Notes: generated by a model not told the origin, from the sequence alone. Numbered from the stretch's first letter, positions 16,718-34,795 are shown. The stretch: 64,000 bases of DNA from Chrysomallon squamiferum (GCA_012295275.1 CM022671.1:26226001-26290000), one strand, 5' to 3'. A program made the numbers and translations.

Positions 16718-17227
16718 CAGTACCCTATAACGAATCTGATTGGTTCCAGAGCCTCGTTCTTTATAGTGTTCGTTCGTTATAGTGTCCTTTAAAATACGTG
16801 TTGTATGGGGTAATCTCTTCCAGGCCCCAAATACACCTTCTTAAAAATGACAAATATAGAATAAAACAGTAAAACAAGTATATATATATATGTATGTATA
16901 TTTAAATTTCTGAAATAAAAATTATCATTAATACTTTATCTTACCTTACTGTTGTTGAGCTTGCAGGAGAGGAAGCAGAGTGGTGGGGAGGAGATAATTA
17001 CTGAGAAGATGTGGAAGGAGAGGAATCATCCTTCCTAGTCCTCTTTGATTATTGTCATACAGTTCTTTTAAAGAAGGAATCCAGGCTTGACGGCTTCAAC
17101 CTGGATTTCTAGGCCTTCCAAAAGTTGGCCATCAATATTTTTCCGTTTTCGTAACGGTGACTCTCTCGTTCATTATGGGGTTCTGAGATTCATAGATAAA
17201 ACCGTTCGTTATAGGAATATTCATATT

Positions 17228-17257
<30 letters not shown>
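16718..17257 (-). mobile_element. Non-autonomous Tigger/pogo-like (Tc1/mariner superfamily) DNA transposon, ~540 bp
   Basis: Flanked by TA on both sides. The left end CAG-----TACCCTATAACGAA matches the right-end reverse complement CAGTGGGATACCCTATAACGAA. Subterminal CGTTCGTTATAG repeats are present, and the internal minus-strand reading KSRLKPSSLDSFFKRT resembles a Tigger transposase C-terminus. Confidence 0.75.
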
Positions 17258-19331
<2,074 letters not shown>

Positions 19332-19650
19332 TAAACTGTTTGCAGGAGTGGGGGAAGTGAAACACTCATTCGGTGAGGTTAATTTTACAAATGATTTATT
19401 TTGCAGATAACTTAACTTTTATATCTTGTCTCTAATATTATTATCACCTGTTTGAAAACATTACTGGAAAGAAAAATGAATATTAAGAGTTAAATAATGC
19501 TACATAATTACAGTTAGAAATTGAAATGTAAGTGAATAATTGATGACTTTTGTAATTTATTTTAATTTATTATTATTATTATTTCTATTCCTCTGTTGCA
19601 AGATGGGTTAAAATATATTAATTTTATATTTAATTTATTACTTTAAACGT

Positions 19651-20893
19651 ATGACAGACAAAAACATTACAAATGTAACCAAACTGTAGATAGTATGCAA
19701 AGCGGTGATACTCTAATAATAATAATAATAATAATAGTAATAAAACTATTTTAAAATATTTAAAAAAATGTATAACATGGATGTAATGAGGAGTGCATAA
19801 ACAAAAATATCTCCTACCTGAATATTTTGGCTCGCATAAAACACACGCACACACACACAAACACAGGCCTACACAGAGGCAAGCACACAGACGTACATAC
19901 ATAATTTTCCATAAGCATGTATGACAAAATTAATTTGGTTGCAGATTTTTTTTTTTTTTTTAAATAGTTGTAGTAAAGAGGTTTATTTACACCTATATAA
20001 AATATATCGAATGTTTGTGTGTGCATGTTTGAAAACAGTTGGCAAACTATTTACTGCACTATAAAAATAAAAAAAGAGAAGGAAGGGTTCACTGTATGCC
20101 AGTACACAAGTAGCAGAGTTTGTTTTTCCACACAAAATTCATTTTTGATACTCTTATTTACACCGGTGTAAAGGTTATTGAATCGGTACGCATCTACTGG
20201 ATATCGTGTCTGCATCCGGAACGCCAATGGGAAGTGATTGTAAGGATGCCATCTTGGATGATTCTGTCGTTCTTCACTTTTGTAATTATGGACGACAAAT
20301 TTCAGTGTGCCACAGCACTTCTCGACTGTCTTCAGTTAAAACTGGACCTGAACCCTAAACAGAACAAATATGGAAGTTTTAGGGGTGCATGGTGAAAAAT
20401 AGGGATATTCCTGTGAAGTATTTACAGGAACTAACTCGGTGCCATGTCTAGATCTTTACTGACATGCTGGCCGAATTGTTAATAAAAATCTTCGCCTCAT
20501 CAAAAATGGCTTATTTTTCTTTCTTTCTTTTTCATTCTTTAACTTTCAGTATTATCTTCAACAGTTTGCTAAACATTTAAATATTACTGGAGTCCTTATA
20601 GTATTTTGTCTGTTATCACTTCTGTTAGTTTCTTGTCACTTAAAATTATTAAAAGATTAAATAAAATTGTTCTGACATGTATTAATTTCACAATTTGTTA
20701 TCTAAATGTTAATCCAAGTAAGCTACACTTTTATACATTTTTCATTTGTGTTTCTTAAATGTTATATAAAATGAAAGTAAATATTTTAGTTATCAGTAGA
20801 AAACTTGTATGCATCTGAAATGAAACTTCTCCATTAAATACAACAACAATAATATACTAAATGGTGTTGCTATTACTACATCTAGTATTATTG

Positions 20894-20926
<33 letters not shown>

Positions 20927-21078
20927 ACAATAATAAAATAATAATTGTATTTTAATGTGTCACATTTATGAGTGTACTTGCTCAGACGTTATGCTAACAA
21001 TGTATATACGAGTTTCCCAAATTCATATGCTACAGAACAATAATAATAATAATAAATTTTTAAAATAATATGTTTTGA

Positions 21079-21133
<55 letters not shown>

Positions 21134-23417
21134 TGTGTGTGTTTATATTTGTATTCTATATATATATAAAACCATCCCAGAGTTTTATTTTTGGAAAGAA
21201 AATCAACTAGTCTAGACGACAGTTGCTAAGTAAAACCACCACTTTCTTAAAACATGTGACAATACCAACGTGCGTCACTAGTAGGTAAAATAAAAATAAT
21301 TTTATTTGTTAAATATATTAAACATTTTCTGAAATTTTATTTGAAAATTAAACCAAGACAGTATTAATGAGAAAATAAAAAATAAAAAATTAACAATAAA
21401 ATGCTGACAAACATTTTTATACACAAAAAAGCACAGAGAAATGCAATGTCATTCAATACTGCTTTATTGTATTTGTTTATTTTAAAACAACTTATAATCA
21501 GCAATGCAACTAATTAAGCAAGCACATAAATATCATCATTTATAATAAAGAAATTAAGCTGAAAGTATTGAATTAAATTTTAATAATGTATACATAAATT
21601 ATATTTATTTAAACAAAATGATAGCACACACACACACACACACACACACGAACATATATCATACAATAAATAACATTTTTAAATAAAACATCTTCAATAT
21701 TGAAACATGCCTTAAAATATTTATATATATTTTTTTATATTCTAAAAAGTGACATTTTTTAAAATAATGGATACATTATAAGAAATCACTGTGGACATGT
21801 ATTGCTGTGAACTGAATGAAGGAGACAAAAATGTTATCAAAGGTACTGTTTACAAAGAACAGTAATGATTAAAACACTTTATTTATTATTATTCTGTTTT
21901 ACACATAGGATGATTGCTTTTTTGAAATAGCTCTGTTATTAACTAGCTCCAGCAAAGGTAGCAGAGGCTTCGGCAAGGCCTTTCCTCCTGTTGAAACAAT
22001 AAAAATAAAGTCAGTTAAGATTTTAAAACAAAAACAAATAAATGAAACAAAAAACCATGAACCAAAAAACACAAACAACCCCCCCCCAAAAAAAAATATG
22101 ACAGACAAAAACATTACAAATGTAACCAAACTGTAGATAGTATGCAAAGCGGTGATACTCTAATAATAATAATAATAATAATAATAATAGTAATAAAACT
22201 ATTTTAAAATATTTAAAAAAAATGTATAACATGGATGTAATGAGGAGTGCATAAACAAAAATATCTCCTACCTGAATATTTTGGCTCACATAAAACACAC
22301 GCACACACACACACAAACATAGGCATACACAGAGGCAAGCACACAGACGTACATACATAATTTTCCATATTATAAATATGTAGGACAAAATTAATTTGGT
22401 TGCATTTTTTTTTTTTCTAAATAGTTGTAGTAAAGAGGTTTACTTACACCTATATAAAATATATCAAATGTTTGTGTGTGCATGTTTGAAAACAGTTGGC
22501 AAACTATTTACTGCACTATAAAAATAAAAAAGAGAAGGAAGGGTTCACTGTATGCCAGTACACAAATAGCAGAGTTTGTTTTTCCACACAAAATTCATTT
22601 TTGATACTCTTATTTACACCGGTGTAAAAGTTATTGAATCGGTACGCATCTACTGGATATCGTGTCTGCATCCGGAACGTCATTGGGAAGTGATTGTAAG
22701 GATGCCATCTTGGATGGTTCTGTCGTTCTTCACTTTTGTAATTATGGACGACAAATTTCAGTGTGCCACAGCACTTCTCGACTGTCTTCAGTTAAAACTG
22801 GACCTGAACCCTAAACAGAACAAATATGGAAGTTTTAGGGGTGCATGGTGAAAAATAGGGATATTCCTGTGAAGTATTTACAGGAACTAACTCGGTGCCG
22901 TGTTTAGATCTTTACTGACATTTACCGATGGCTTTACAGATAGTTAGGTAATTTGTTTCATCAGCAAACTGTATGACATATCCATTTTCATATTGCTGGC
23001 CGAATTGTTAATAAAAATCATCAAAAATGGCTTATTTTTCTTTCTTTCTTTTTCATTCTTTTACTTTTAGTATTATCTTCAAGAGTTTGCTAAACATTTA
23101 AAAATTACTGGAGACCTTGTAGTATTTTGTCTGTTATCACTTCTGTTAGTTTCTTGTCACTTAAAATTATTAAAAGGTTAAATAAAATTGTTCTGACATG
23201 TATTAATTTCACAATTTGTTATCTAAATGTTAATCCAAGTAAGCTACACTTTTATACATTTTTCATTTGTGTTTCTTAAATGTTATATAAAATGAAAGTA
23301 AATATTTTAGTTATCAGAAGAAAACTTGTATGCATCTGAAATGAAACTTCTCCATTAAATACAACAACAAAAATAATATACTAAATGGTGTTGCTATTAC
23401 TACATCTAGTATTATTG

Positions 23418-23450
<33 letters not shown>

Positions 23451-23629
23451 TTAACAATAATAAAATAATAATTGTATTTTAATGTGTCACATTTATGAAT
23501 GTACTTGCTCAGACGTTATGCTGACAATGTATATACGAGTTTCCCAAATTCATATGTTACAGAATAATAATAATAATAATAATAAATTTTTAAAATAATA
23601 TCTTTTGATGAAAACTGTGTGTGTGTGTC

Positions 23630-23662
<33 letters not shown>

Positions 23663-24139
23663 TTATATTTGTATTCTATATATATATAAAACCATCCCAG
23701 AGTTTTATTTTTGGAAAGAAAATCAACTCGTCTAGACGACAGTTGCTAAGTAAAACCACCACTTTCTTAAAACATGTGACAATACCAACGTGCGTCACTA
23801 GTAGGTAAAATAAAATAAATTTTATTTGTTAAATATATTAAACATTTTCTTAAATTTTATTTGAAAATTAAACCAAGACAGTATTAATGAGAAAACAAAA
23901 AATAAAAAATTAACAATAAAATGCTGACAAACATTTTTATACACAAAAAAGCACAGAGAAATGCAATGTCATTCAATACTGCTTATTGTATGTTTATTTT
24001 AAAACAACTTATAATCAGCAATGCAACTAATTAAGCCAGCACATAAATATCATCATTTATAATAAAGAAATTAAGCTGAAAGTATTGAATTAAATTTTAA
24101 TAATGTATACATAAATTATATTTATTTAAACAAAATGAT

Positions 24140-24186
<47 letters not shown>

Positions 24187-24693
24187 ACATATATCATACA
24201 ATAAATAACATTTTTAAATAAAACATCTTCAATATTGAAACATGCCTTAAAATATTTATATATATTTTTTTATATTCTAAAAAGTGACATTTTTTAAAAT
24301 AATGGATACATTATAAGAAATCACTGTGGACATGTATTGCTGTGAACTGAATGAAGGAGATAAAAATGTTATCAAAGGTACTGTTTACAAAGAACAGTAA
24401 TGATTAAAACACTTTATTTATTATTATTCTGTTTTACAGATAGGATGATTGCTTTTTTGAAATAGCTCTGTTATTAACTAGCTCCAGCAAAGGTAGCAGA
24501 GGCTTCGGCAAGGCCTTTCCTCCTGTTGAAACAATAAAAATAAAGTCAGTTAAGATTTTAAAACAAAAACAAATAAATGAAACAAAAAACCATGAACCAA
24601 AAAAACAAACAACCCCCCCCAAAACAATATGACAGACAAAAACATTACAAATGTAACCAAACTGTAGATAGTATGCAAAGCGGTGATACTCTA

Positions 24694-24729
<36 letters not shown>

Positions 24730-26094
24730 GTAATAAAACTATTTTAAAATATTTAAAAAAAATGTATAACATGGATGTAATGAGGAGTGCATAAACAAAA
24801 ATATCTCCTACCTGAATATTTTGGCTCACATAAAACACACGCACACACACACACAAACATAGGCATACACAGAGGCAAGCACACAGACGTACATACATAA
24901 TTTTCCATATTATAAACATGTAGGACAAAATTAATTTGGTTGCAGATTTTTTTTTTTCTAAATAGTTGTAGTAAAGAGGTTTACTTACACCTATATAAAA
25001 TATATCAAATGTTTGTGTGTGCATGTTTGAAAACAGTTGGCAAACTATTTACTGCACTATAAAAATAAAAAAGAGAAGGAAGGGTTCACTGTATGCCAGT
25101 ACACAAGTAGCAGAGTTTGTTTTTCCACACAAAATTCATTTTTGATACTCTTATTTACACCGGTGTAAAGGTTATTGAATCGGTACGCATCTACTGGATA
25201 TCGTGTCTGCATCCGGAACGTCATTGGGAAGTGATTGTAAGGATGCCATCTTGAATGATTCTGTCGTTCTTCACTTTTGTAATTATGGATGACAAATTTC
25301 AGTGTGCCACAGCACTTCTCGACTGTCTTCAGTTAAAACTGGACCTGAACCCGAAACAGAACAAATATGGAAGTTTTAGGGGTGCATGGTGAAAAATAGG
25401 GATATTCCTGTGAAGTATTTACAGGAACTAACTCGGTGCCGTGTTTAGATCTTTACTGACATTTACCGATGGCTTTACAGATAGTTAGGTAATTTGTTTC
25501 ATCAGCAAACTGTATGACATATCCATTTTCATATTGCTGGCCGAATTGTTAATAAAAATCATCAAAAATGGCTTATTTTTCTTTCTTTCTTTTTCATTCT
25601 TTTACTTTTAGTATTATCTTCAAGAGTTTGCTAAACATTTAAAAATTACTGGAGACCTTGTAGTATTTTGTCTGTTATCACTTCTGTTAGTTTCTTGTCA
25701 CTTAAAATTATTAAAAGGTTAAATAAAATTGTTCTGACATGTATTAATTTCACAATTTGTTATCTAAATGTTAATCCAAGTAAGCTACACTTTTATACAT
25801 TTTTCATTTGTGTTTCTTAAATGTTATATAAAATGAAAGTAAATATTTTAGTTATCAGTAGAAAACTTGTATGCATCTGAAATGAAACTTCTCCTTTAAA
25901 TACAACAATAATAATAATATACTAAATGGTGTTGCTATTACTACATCTAGTATTATTGCTACTACTACTACTACTACTACTACTAACAATAATAAAATAA
26001 TAATTGTATTTTAATGTGTCACATTTATGAATGTACTTGCTCAGACGTTATGCTGACAATGTATATACGAGTTTCCCAAATTCATATGTTACAG

Positions 26095-26125
<31 letters not shown>

Positions 26126-26146
26126 TTTTAAAATAATATGTTTTGA

Positions 26147-26190
<44 letters not shown>

Positions 26191-27204
26191 TTATATTTGT
26201 ATTCTATATATATATATAAAACGATCCCAGAGTTTTATTTTTGGAAAGAAAATCAACTAGTCTAGACGACAGTTGCTAAGTAAAATCACCACTTTCTTAA
26301 AACATGTGACAATACCAACGTGCCTCACTAGTAGGTAAAATAAAAATAATTTTATTTGTTAAGTATATTAAACATTTTCTTAAATTTTATTTGAAAATTA
26401 AACCAAGACAGTATTAATGAGAAAATAAAAAATAAAAAATTAACAATAAAATGCTGACAAACATTTTTATACACAAAAAAGCACAGAGAAATGCAATGTC
26501 ATTCAATACTGCTTCATTGTATTTGTTTATTTTAAAACAACTTATAATCAGCAATGCAACTAATTAAGCAAGCACATAAATATCATCATTTATAATAAAG
26601 AAATTAAGCTGAAAGTATTGAATTAAATTTTAATAATGTATACATAAATCATATTTATTTAAACAAAATGATAGCACACACACACACACACACACACAAC
26701 ACATATATCATACAATAAATAACATTTTTAAATAAAACATCTTCAATATTGAAACATGCCTTAAAATATATATATATATTTTTTTATATTCTAAAAAGTG
26801 ACATTTTTTAAAATAATGGATACATTATAAGAAATCACTGTGGACATGTATTGCTGTGAACTGAATGAAGGAGATAAAAATGTTATCAAAGGTACTGTTT
26901 ACAAAGAACAGTAATGATTAAAACACTTTATTTATTATTATTCTGTTTTACAGATAGGATGATTGCTTTTTTGAAATAGCTCTGTTATTAACTAGCTCCA
27001 GCAAAGGTAGCAGAGGCTTCGGCAAGGCCTTTCCTCCTGTTGAAACAATAAAAATAAAGTCAGTTAAGATTTTAAAATAAAAACAAATAAATGAAACAAA
27101 AAACCATGAACCAAAAAAACAAACAACCCCCCCAAAAAAATATGACAGACAAAAACATTACAAATGTAACCAAACTGTAGATAGTATGCAAAGCGGTGAT
27201 ACTC

Positions 27205-27236
<32 letters not shown>

Positions 27237-28657
27237 GTAATAGTAATAAAACTATTTTAAAATATTTAAAAAAATGTATAACATGGATGTAATGAGGAGT
27301 GCATAAACAAAAATATCTCCTACCTGAATATTTTGGCTCGCTAAAACACACGCACACACACACACAAACATAGGCCTACACAGAGGCAAGCACACAGACG
27401 TACATACATAATTTTCCATACTATAAGCATGTATGACAAAATTAATTTGGTTGCAGGGTTGTTGTTTTTTTAAATAGTTGTAGTAAAGAGGTTTACTTAC
27501 ACCTATATAAAATATATCGAATGTTTGTGTGTGCATGTTTGAAAACAGTTGGCAAACTATTTACTGCACTATAAAAATAAAAAAGAGAAGGAAGGGTTCA
27601 CTGTATGCCAGTACACAAGTAGCAGAGTTTGTTTTTCCACACAAAATTCATTTTTGATACTCTTATTTACACCGGTGTAAAGGTTATTGAATCGGTACGC
27701 ATCTACTGGATATCGTGTCTGCATCCGGAACGTCAATGGGAAGTGATTGTAAGGATGCCATCTTTGAATTATTCTGTCGTTCTTCACTTTTGTAATTATG
27801 GATGACAAATTTCAGTGTGCCACAGCACTTCTCGACTGTCTTCAGTTAAAACTGGACCTGAACCCTAAACAGAACAAATATGGAAGTTTTAGGGGTGCAT
27901 GGTGAAAAATAGGGATATTCCTGTGAAGTATTTACAGGAACTAACTCAGTGCCGTGTTTAGATCTTTACTGACATTTACCGATGCCTTTACAGATAGTCA
28001 GGTAATTTGTTTCATCAGCAAACTGTATGACATATCCATTTTCATATTGCTGGCCGAATTGTTAATAAAAATCATCAAAAATGGCTTATTTTTCTTTCTT
28101 TTTTTTCATTCTTTTACTTTTAGTATTATCTTCAAGAGTTTGCTAAACATTTAAAAATTACTGGAGACCTTGTAGTATTTTGTCTGTTATCACTTCTGTT
28201 AGTTTCTTGTCACTTAAAATTATTAAAAGGTTAAATAAAATTGTTCTGACATGTATTAATTTCACAATTTGTTATCTAAATGTTAATCCAAGTAAGCTAC
28301 ACTTTTATACATTTTTCATTTGTGTTTCTTAAATGTTATATAAAATGAAAGTAAATATTTTAGTTATCAGTAGAAAACTTGTATGCATCTGAAATGAAAC
28401 TTCTCCTTTAAATACAACAATAATAATAATATACTAAATGGTGTTGCTATTACTACATCTAGTATTATTGCTACTACTACTACTACTACTACTACTAACA
28501 ATAATAAAATAATAATTGTATTTTAATGTGTCACATTTATGAATGTACTTGCTCAGACGTTATGCTGACAATGTATATACGAGTTTCCCAAATTCATATG
28601 TTACAGAATAATAAATAATAATAATAATAATAAAATTTTTAAAATAATATGTTTTGA

Positions 28658-28699
<42 letters not shown>

Positions 28700-29705
28700 T
28701 TATATTTGTATTCTATATATATATATAAAACGATCCCAGAGTTTTATTTTTGGAAAGAAAATCAACTAGTCTAGACGACAGTTGCTAAGTAAAATCACCA
28801 CTTTCTTAAAACATGTGACAATACCAACGTGCCTCACTAGTAGGTAAAATAAAAATAATTTTATTTGTTAAGTATATTAAACATTTTCTTAAATTTTATT
28901 TGAAAATTAAACCAAGACAGTATTAATGAGAAAATAAAAAATAAAAATTAACAATAAAATGCTGACAAACATTTTTATACACAAAAAGCACAGAGAAATG
29001 CAATGTCATTCAATACTGCTTCATTGTATTTGTTTATTTTAAAACAACTTATAATCAGCAATGCAACTAATTAAGCAAGCACATAAATATCATCATTTAT
29101 AATAAAGAAATTAAGCTGAAAGTATTGAATTAAATTTTAATAATGTATACATAAATCATATTTATTTAAACAAAATGATAGCACACACACACACACACAC
29201 GAACATATATCATACAATAAATAACATTTTTAAATAAAACATCTTCAATATTGAAACATGCCTTAAAATATATATATATTTTTTTTATATTCTAAAAAGT
29301 GACATTTTTTAAAATAATGGATACATTATAAGAAATCACTGTGGACATGTATTGCTGTGAACTGAATGAAGGAGATAAAATGTTATCAAAGGTACTGTTT
29401 ACAAAGAACAGTAATGATTAAAACACTTTATTTATTATTATTCTGTTTTACAGATGGGATGATTGCTTTTTTTTGAAATAGCTCTGTTATTAACTAGCTC
29501 CAGCAAAGGTAGCAGAGGCTTCGGCAAGGCCTTTCCTCCTGTTGAAACAATAAAAATAAAGTCAGTTAAGATTTTAAAATAAAAACAAATAAATGAAACA
29601 AAAACCATGAACCAAAAAAACAAACAACCCCCCCAAAAAAATATGACAGACAAAAACATTACAAATGTAACCAAACTGTAGATAGTATGCAAAGCGGTGA
29701 TACTC

Positions 29706-29737
<32 letters not shown>

Positions 29738-31109
29738 GTAATAGTAATAAAACTATTTTAAAATATTTAAAAAAATGTATAACATGGATGTAATGAGGAG
29801 TGCATAAACAAAAATATCTCCTACCTGAATATTTTGGCTCGCTAAAAACACACGCACACACACACAAACATAGGCCTACACAGAGGCAAGCACACAGACG
29901 TACATACATAATTTTCCATACTATAAGCATGTATGACAAAATTAATTTGGTTGCAGGGTTGTTGTTTTTTTAAATAGTTGTAGTAAAGAGGTTTACTTAC
30001 ACCTATATAAAATATATCGAATGTTTGTGTGTGCATGTTTGAAAACAGTTGGCAAACTATTTACTGCACTATAAAAATAAAAAAGAGAAGGAAGGGTTCA
30101 CTGTATGCCAGTACACAAGTAGCAGAGTTTGTTTTTCCACACAAAATTCATTTTTGATACTCTTATTTACACCGGTGTAAAGGTTATTGAATCGGTACGC
30201 ATCTACTGGATATCGTGTCTGCATCCGGAACGTCAATGGGAAGTGATTGTAAGGATGCCATCTTTTATTATTCTGTCGTTCTTCACTTTTGTAATTATGG
30301 ATGACAAATTTCAGTGTGCCACAGCACTTCTCGACTGTCTTCAGTTAAAACTGGACCTGAACCCTAAACAGAACAAATATGGAAGTTTTAGGGGTGCATG
30401 GTGAAAAATAGGGATATTCCTGTGAAGTATTTACAGGAACTAACTCGGTGCCGTGTTTAGATCTTTACTGACATTTACCGATGCCTTTACACATAGTCAG
30501 GTAATTTGTTTCATCAGCAAACTGTATGACATATCCATTTTCATATTGCTGGCCGAATTGTTAATAAAAATCATCAAAAATGGCTTATTTTTCTTTCTTT
30601 CTTTTTCATTCTTTTTACTTTTAGTATTATCTTCAAGAGTTTGCTAAACATTTAAAAATTACTGGAGACCTTGTAGTATTTTGTCTGTTATCACTTCTGT
30701 TAGTTTCTTGTCACTTTAAAATTATTAAAGGTTAAATAAAATTGTTCTGACATGTATTAATTTCACAATTTGTTATCTAAATGTTAATCCAAGTAAGCTA
30801 CACTTTTATACATTTTTTTCATTTGTGTTTCTTAAATGTTATATAAAATGAAAGTAAATATTTTAGTTATCAGTAGAAAACTTGTATGCATCTGAAATGA
30901 AACTTCTCCTTTAAATACAACAATAATAATAATATACTAAATGGTGTTGCTATTACTACATCTAGTATTATTGCTACTACTACTACTACTACTACTACTA
31001 ACAATAATAAAATAATAATTGTATTTTAATGTGTCACATTTATGAATGTACTTGCTCAGACGTTATGCTGACAATGTATATACGAGTTTCCCAAATTCAT
31101 ATGTTACAG

Positions 31110-31140
<31 letters not shown>

Positions 31141-31161
31141 TTTTAAAATAATATGTTTTGA

Positions 31162-31203
<42 letters not shown>

Positions 31204-32214
31204 TTATATTTGTATTCTATATATATATATAAAACGATCCCAGAGTTTTATTTTTGGAAAGAAAATCAACTAGTCTAGACGACAGTTGCTAAGTAAAATC
31301 ACCACTTTCTTAAAACATGTGACAATACCAACGTGCCTCACTAGTAGGTAAAATAAAAATAATTTTATTTGTTAAGTATATTAAACATTTTCTTAAATTT
31401 TATTTGAAAATTAAACCAAGACAGTATTAATGAGAAAATAAAAAATAAAAAATTAACAATAAAATGCTGACAAACATTTTTATACACAAAAAAGCACAGA
31501 GAAATGCAATGTCATTCAATACTGCTTCATTGTATTTGTTTATTTTAAAACAACTTATAATCAGCAATGCAACTAATTAAGCAAGCACATAAATATCATC
31601 ATTTATAATAAAGAAATTAAGCTGAAAGTATTGAATTAAATTTTAATAATGTATACATAAATCATATTTATTTAAACAAAATGATAGCACACACACACAC
31701 ACACACACGAACATATATCATACAATAAATAACATTTTTAAATAAAACATCTTCAATATTGAAACATGCCTTAAAATATATATATATATTTTTTTATATT
31801 CTAAAAAGTGACATTTTTTAAAATAATGGATACATTATAAGAAATCACTGTGGACATGTATTGCTGTGAACTGAATGAAGGAGATAAAAATGTTATCAAA
31901 GGTACTGTTTACAAAGAACAGTAATGATTAAAACACTTTATTTATTATTATTCTGTTTTACAGATAGGATGATTGCTTTTTTGAAATAGCTCTGTTATTA
32001 ACTAGCTCCAGCAAAGGTAGCAGAGGCTTCGGCAAGGCCTTTCCTCCTGTTGAAACAATAAAAATAAAGTCAGTTAAGATTTTAAAATAAAAACAAATAA
32101 ATGAAACAAAAAACCATGAACCAAAAAAACAAACAACCCCCCCAAAAAAATATGACAGACAAAAACATTACAAATGTAACCAAACTGTAGATAGTATGCA
32201 AAGCGGTGATACTC

Positions 32215-32246
<32 letters not shown>

Positions 32247-33477
32247 GTAATAGTAATAAAACTATTTTAAAATATTTAAAAAAATGTATAACATGGATGT
32301 AATGAGGAGTGCATAAACAAAAATATCTCCTACCTGAATATTTTGGCTCGCTAAAAACACACGCACACACACACAAACATAGGCCTACACAGAGGCAAGC
32401 ACACAGACGTACATACATAATTTTCCATACTATAAGCATGTATGACAAAATTAATTTGGTTGCAGGGTTGTTGTTTTTTTAAATAGTTGTAGTAAAGAGG
32501 TTTACTTACACCTATATAAAATATATCGAATGTTTGTGTGTGCATGTTTGAAAACAGTTGGCAAACTATTTACTGCACTATAAAAATAAAAAAGAGAAGG
32601 AAGGGTTCACTGTATGCCAGTACACAAGTAGCAGAGTTTGTTTTTCCACACAAAATTCATTTTTGATACTCTTATTTACACCGGTGTAAAGGTTATTGAA
32701 TCGGTACGCATCTACTGGATATCGTGTCTGCATCCGGAACGTCATTGGGAAGTGATTGTAAGGATGCCATCTTGGATGGTTCTGTCGTTCTTCACTTTTG
32801 TAATTATGGACGACAAATTTCAGTGTGCCACAGCACTTCTCGACTGTCTTCAGTTAAAACTGGACCTGAACCCTAAACAGAACAAATATGGAAGTTTTAG
32901 GGGTGCATGGTGAAAAATAGGGATATTCCTGTGAAGTATTTACAGGAACTAACTCGGTGCCGTGTTTAGATCTTTACTGACATTTACCGATGGCTTTACA
33001 GATAGTTAGGTAATTTGTTTCATCAGCAAACTGTATGACATATCCATTTTCATATTGCTGGCCGAATTGTTAATAAAAATCATCAAAAATGGCTTATTTT
33101 TCTTTCTTTCTTTCATTCTTTTACTTTTAGTATTATCTTCAAGAGTTTGCTAAACATTTAAAAATTACTGGAGACCTTGTAGTATTTTGTCTGTTATCAC
33201 TTCTGTTAGTTTCTTGTCACTTAAAATTATTAAAAGGTTAAATAAAATTGTTCTGACATGTATTAATTTCACAATTTGTTATCTAAATGTTAATCCAAGT
33301 AAGCTACACTTTTATACATTTTTCATTTGTGTTTCTTAAATGTTATATAAAATGAAAGTAAATATTTTAGTTATCAGAAGAAAACTTGTATGCATCTGAA
33401 ATGAAACTTCTCCATTAAATACAACAACAAAAATAATATACTAAATGGTGTTGCTATTACTACATCTAGTATTATTG

Positions 33478-33510
<33 letters not shown>

Positions 33511-33670
33511 TTAACAATAATAAAAAATAATAATTGTATTTTAATGTGTCACATTTATGAATGTACTTGCTCAGACGTTATGCTGACAATGTATATACGA
33601 GTTTCCCAAATTCATATGTTACAGAATAATAATAATAATAATAATAAATTTTTAAAATAATATCTTTTGA

Positions 33671-33728
<58 letters not shown>

Positions 33729-34204
33729 TTATATTTGTATTCTATATATATATAAAACCATCCCAGAGTTTTATTTTTTGAAAGAAAATCAACTCGTCTA
33801 GACGACAGTTGCTAAGTAAAACCACCACTTTCTTAAAACATGTGACAATACCAACGTGCGTCACTAGTAGGTAAAATAAAATAAATTTTATTTGTTAAAT
33901 ATATTAAACATTTTCTTAAATTTTATTTGAAAATTAAACCAAGACAGTATTAATGAGAAAACAAAAAATAAAAAATTAACAATAAAATGCTGACAAACAT
34001 TTTTATACACAAAAAGCACAGAGAAATGCAATGTCATTCAATACTGCTTATTGTATGTTTATTTTAAAACAACTTATAATCAGCAATGCAACTAATTAAG
34101 CCAGCACATAAATATCATCATTTATAATAAAGAAATTAAGCTGAAAGTATTGAATTAAATTTTAATAATGTATACATAAATTATATTTATTTAAACAAAA
34201 TGAT

Positions 34205-34249
<45 letters not shown>

Positions 34250-34756
34250 ACATATATCATACAATAAATAACATTTTTAAATAAAACATCTTCAATATTG
34301 AAACATGCCTTAAAATATTTATATATATTTTTTTATATTCTAAAAAGTGACATTTTTTAAAATAATGGATACATTATAAGAAATCACTGTGGACATGTAT
34401 TGCTGTGAACTGAATGAAGGAGATAAAAATGTTATCAAAGGTACTGTTTACAAAGAACAGTAATGATTAAAACACTTTATTTATTATTATTCTGTTTTAC
34501 AGATAGGATGATTGCTTTTTTGAAATAGCTCTGTTATTAACTAGCTCCAGCAAAGGTAGCAGAGGCTTCGGCAAGGCCTTTCCTCCTGTTGAAACAATAA
34601 AAATAAAGTCAGTTAAGATTTTAAAACAAAAACAAATAAATGAAACAAAAAACCATGAACCAAAAAAACAAACAACCCCCCCCAAAACAATATGACAGAC
34701 AAAAACATTACAAATGTAACCAAACTGTAGATAGTATGCAAAGCGGTGATACTCTA

Positions 34757-34795
<39 letters not shown>

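Noticed and set aside
20120-20395. 91-aa plus-strand ORF (MFFHTKF...) repeated in several array units
   Set aside because: It has a TTG start, is broken by a stop or frameshift in other units (for example TCTTGAATG at ~25249) and has no known motif. Its recurrence reflects the array.
24434-25024. 196/197-aa minus-strand ORFs in the array
   Set aside because: They run through CA and TAA microsatellites and read the EFCAB10 exon out of frame, and they are not open in other units.
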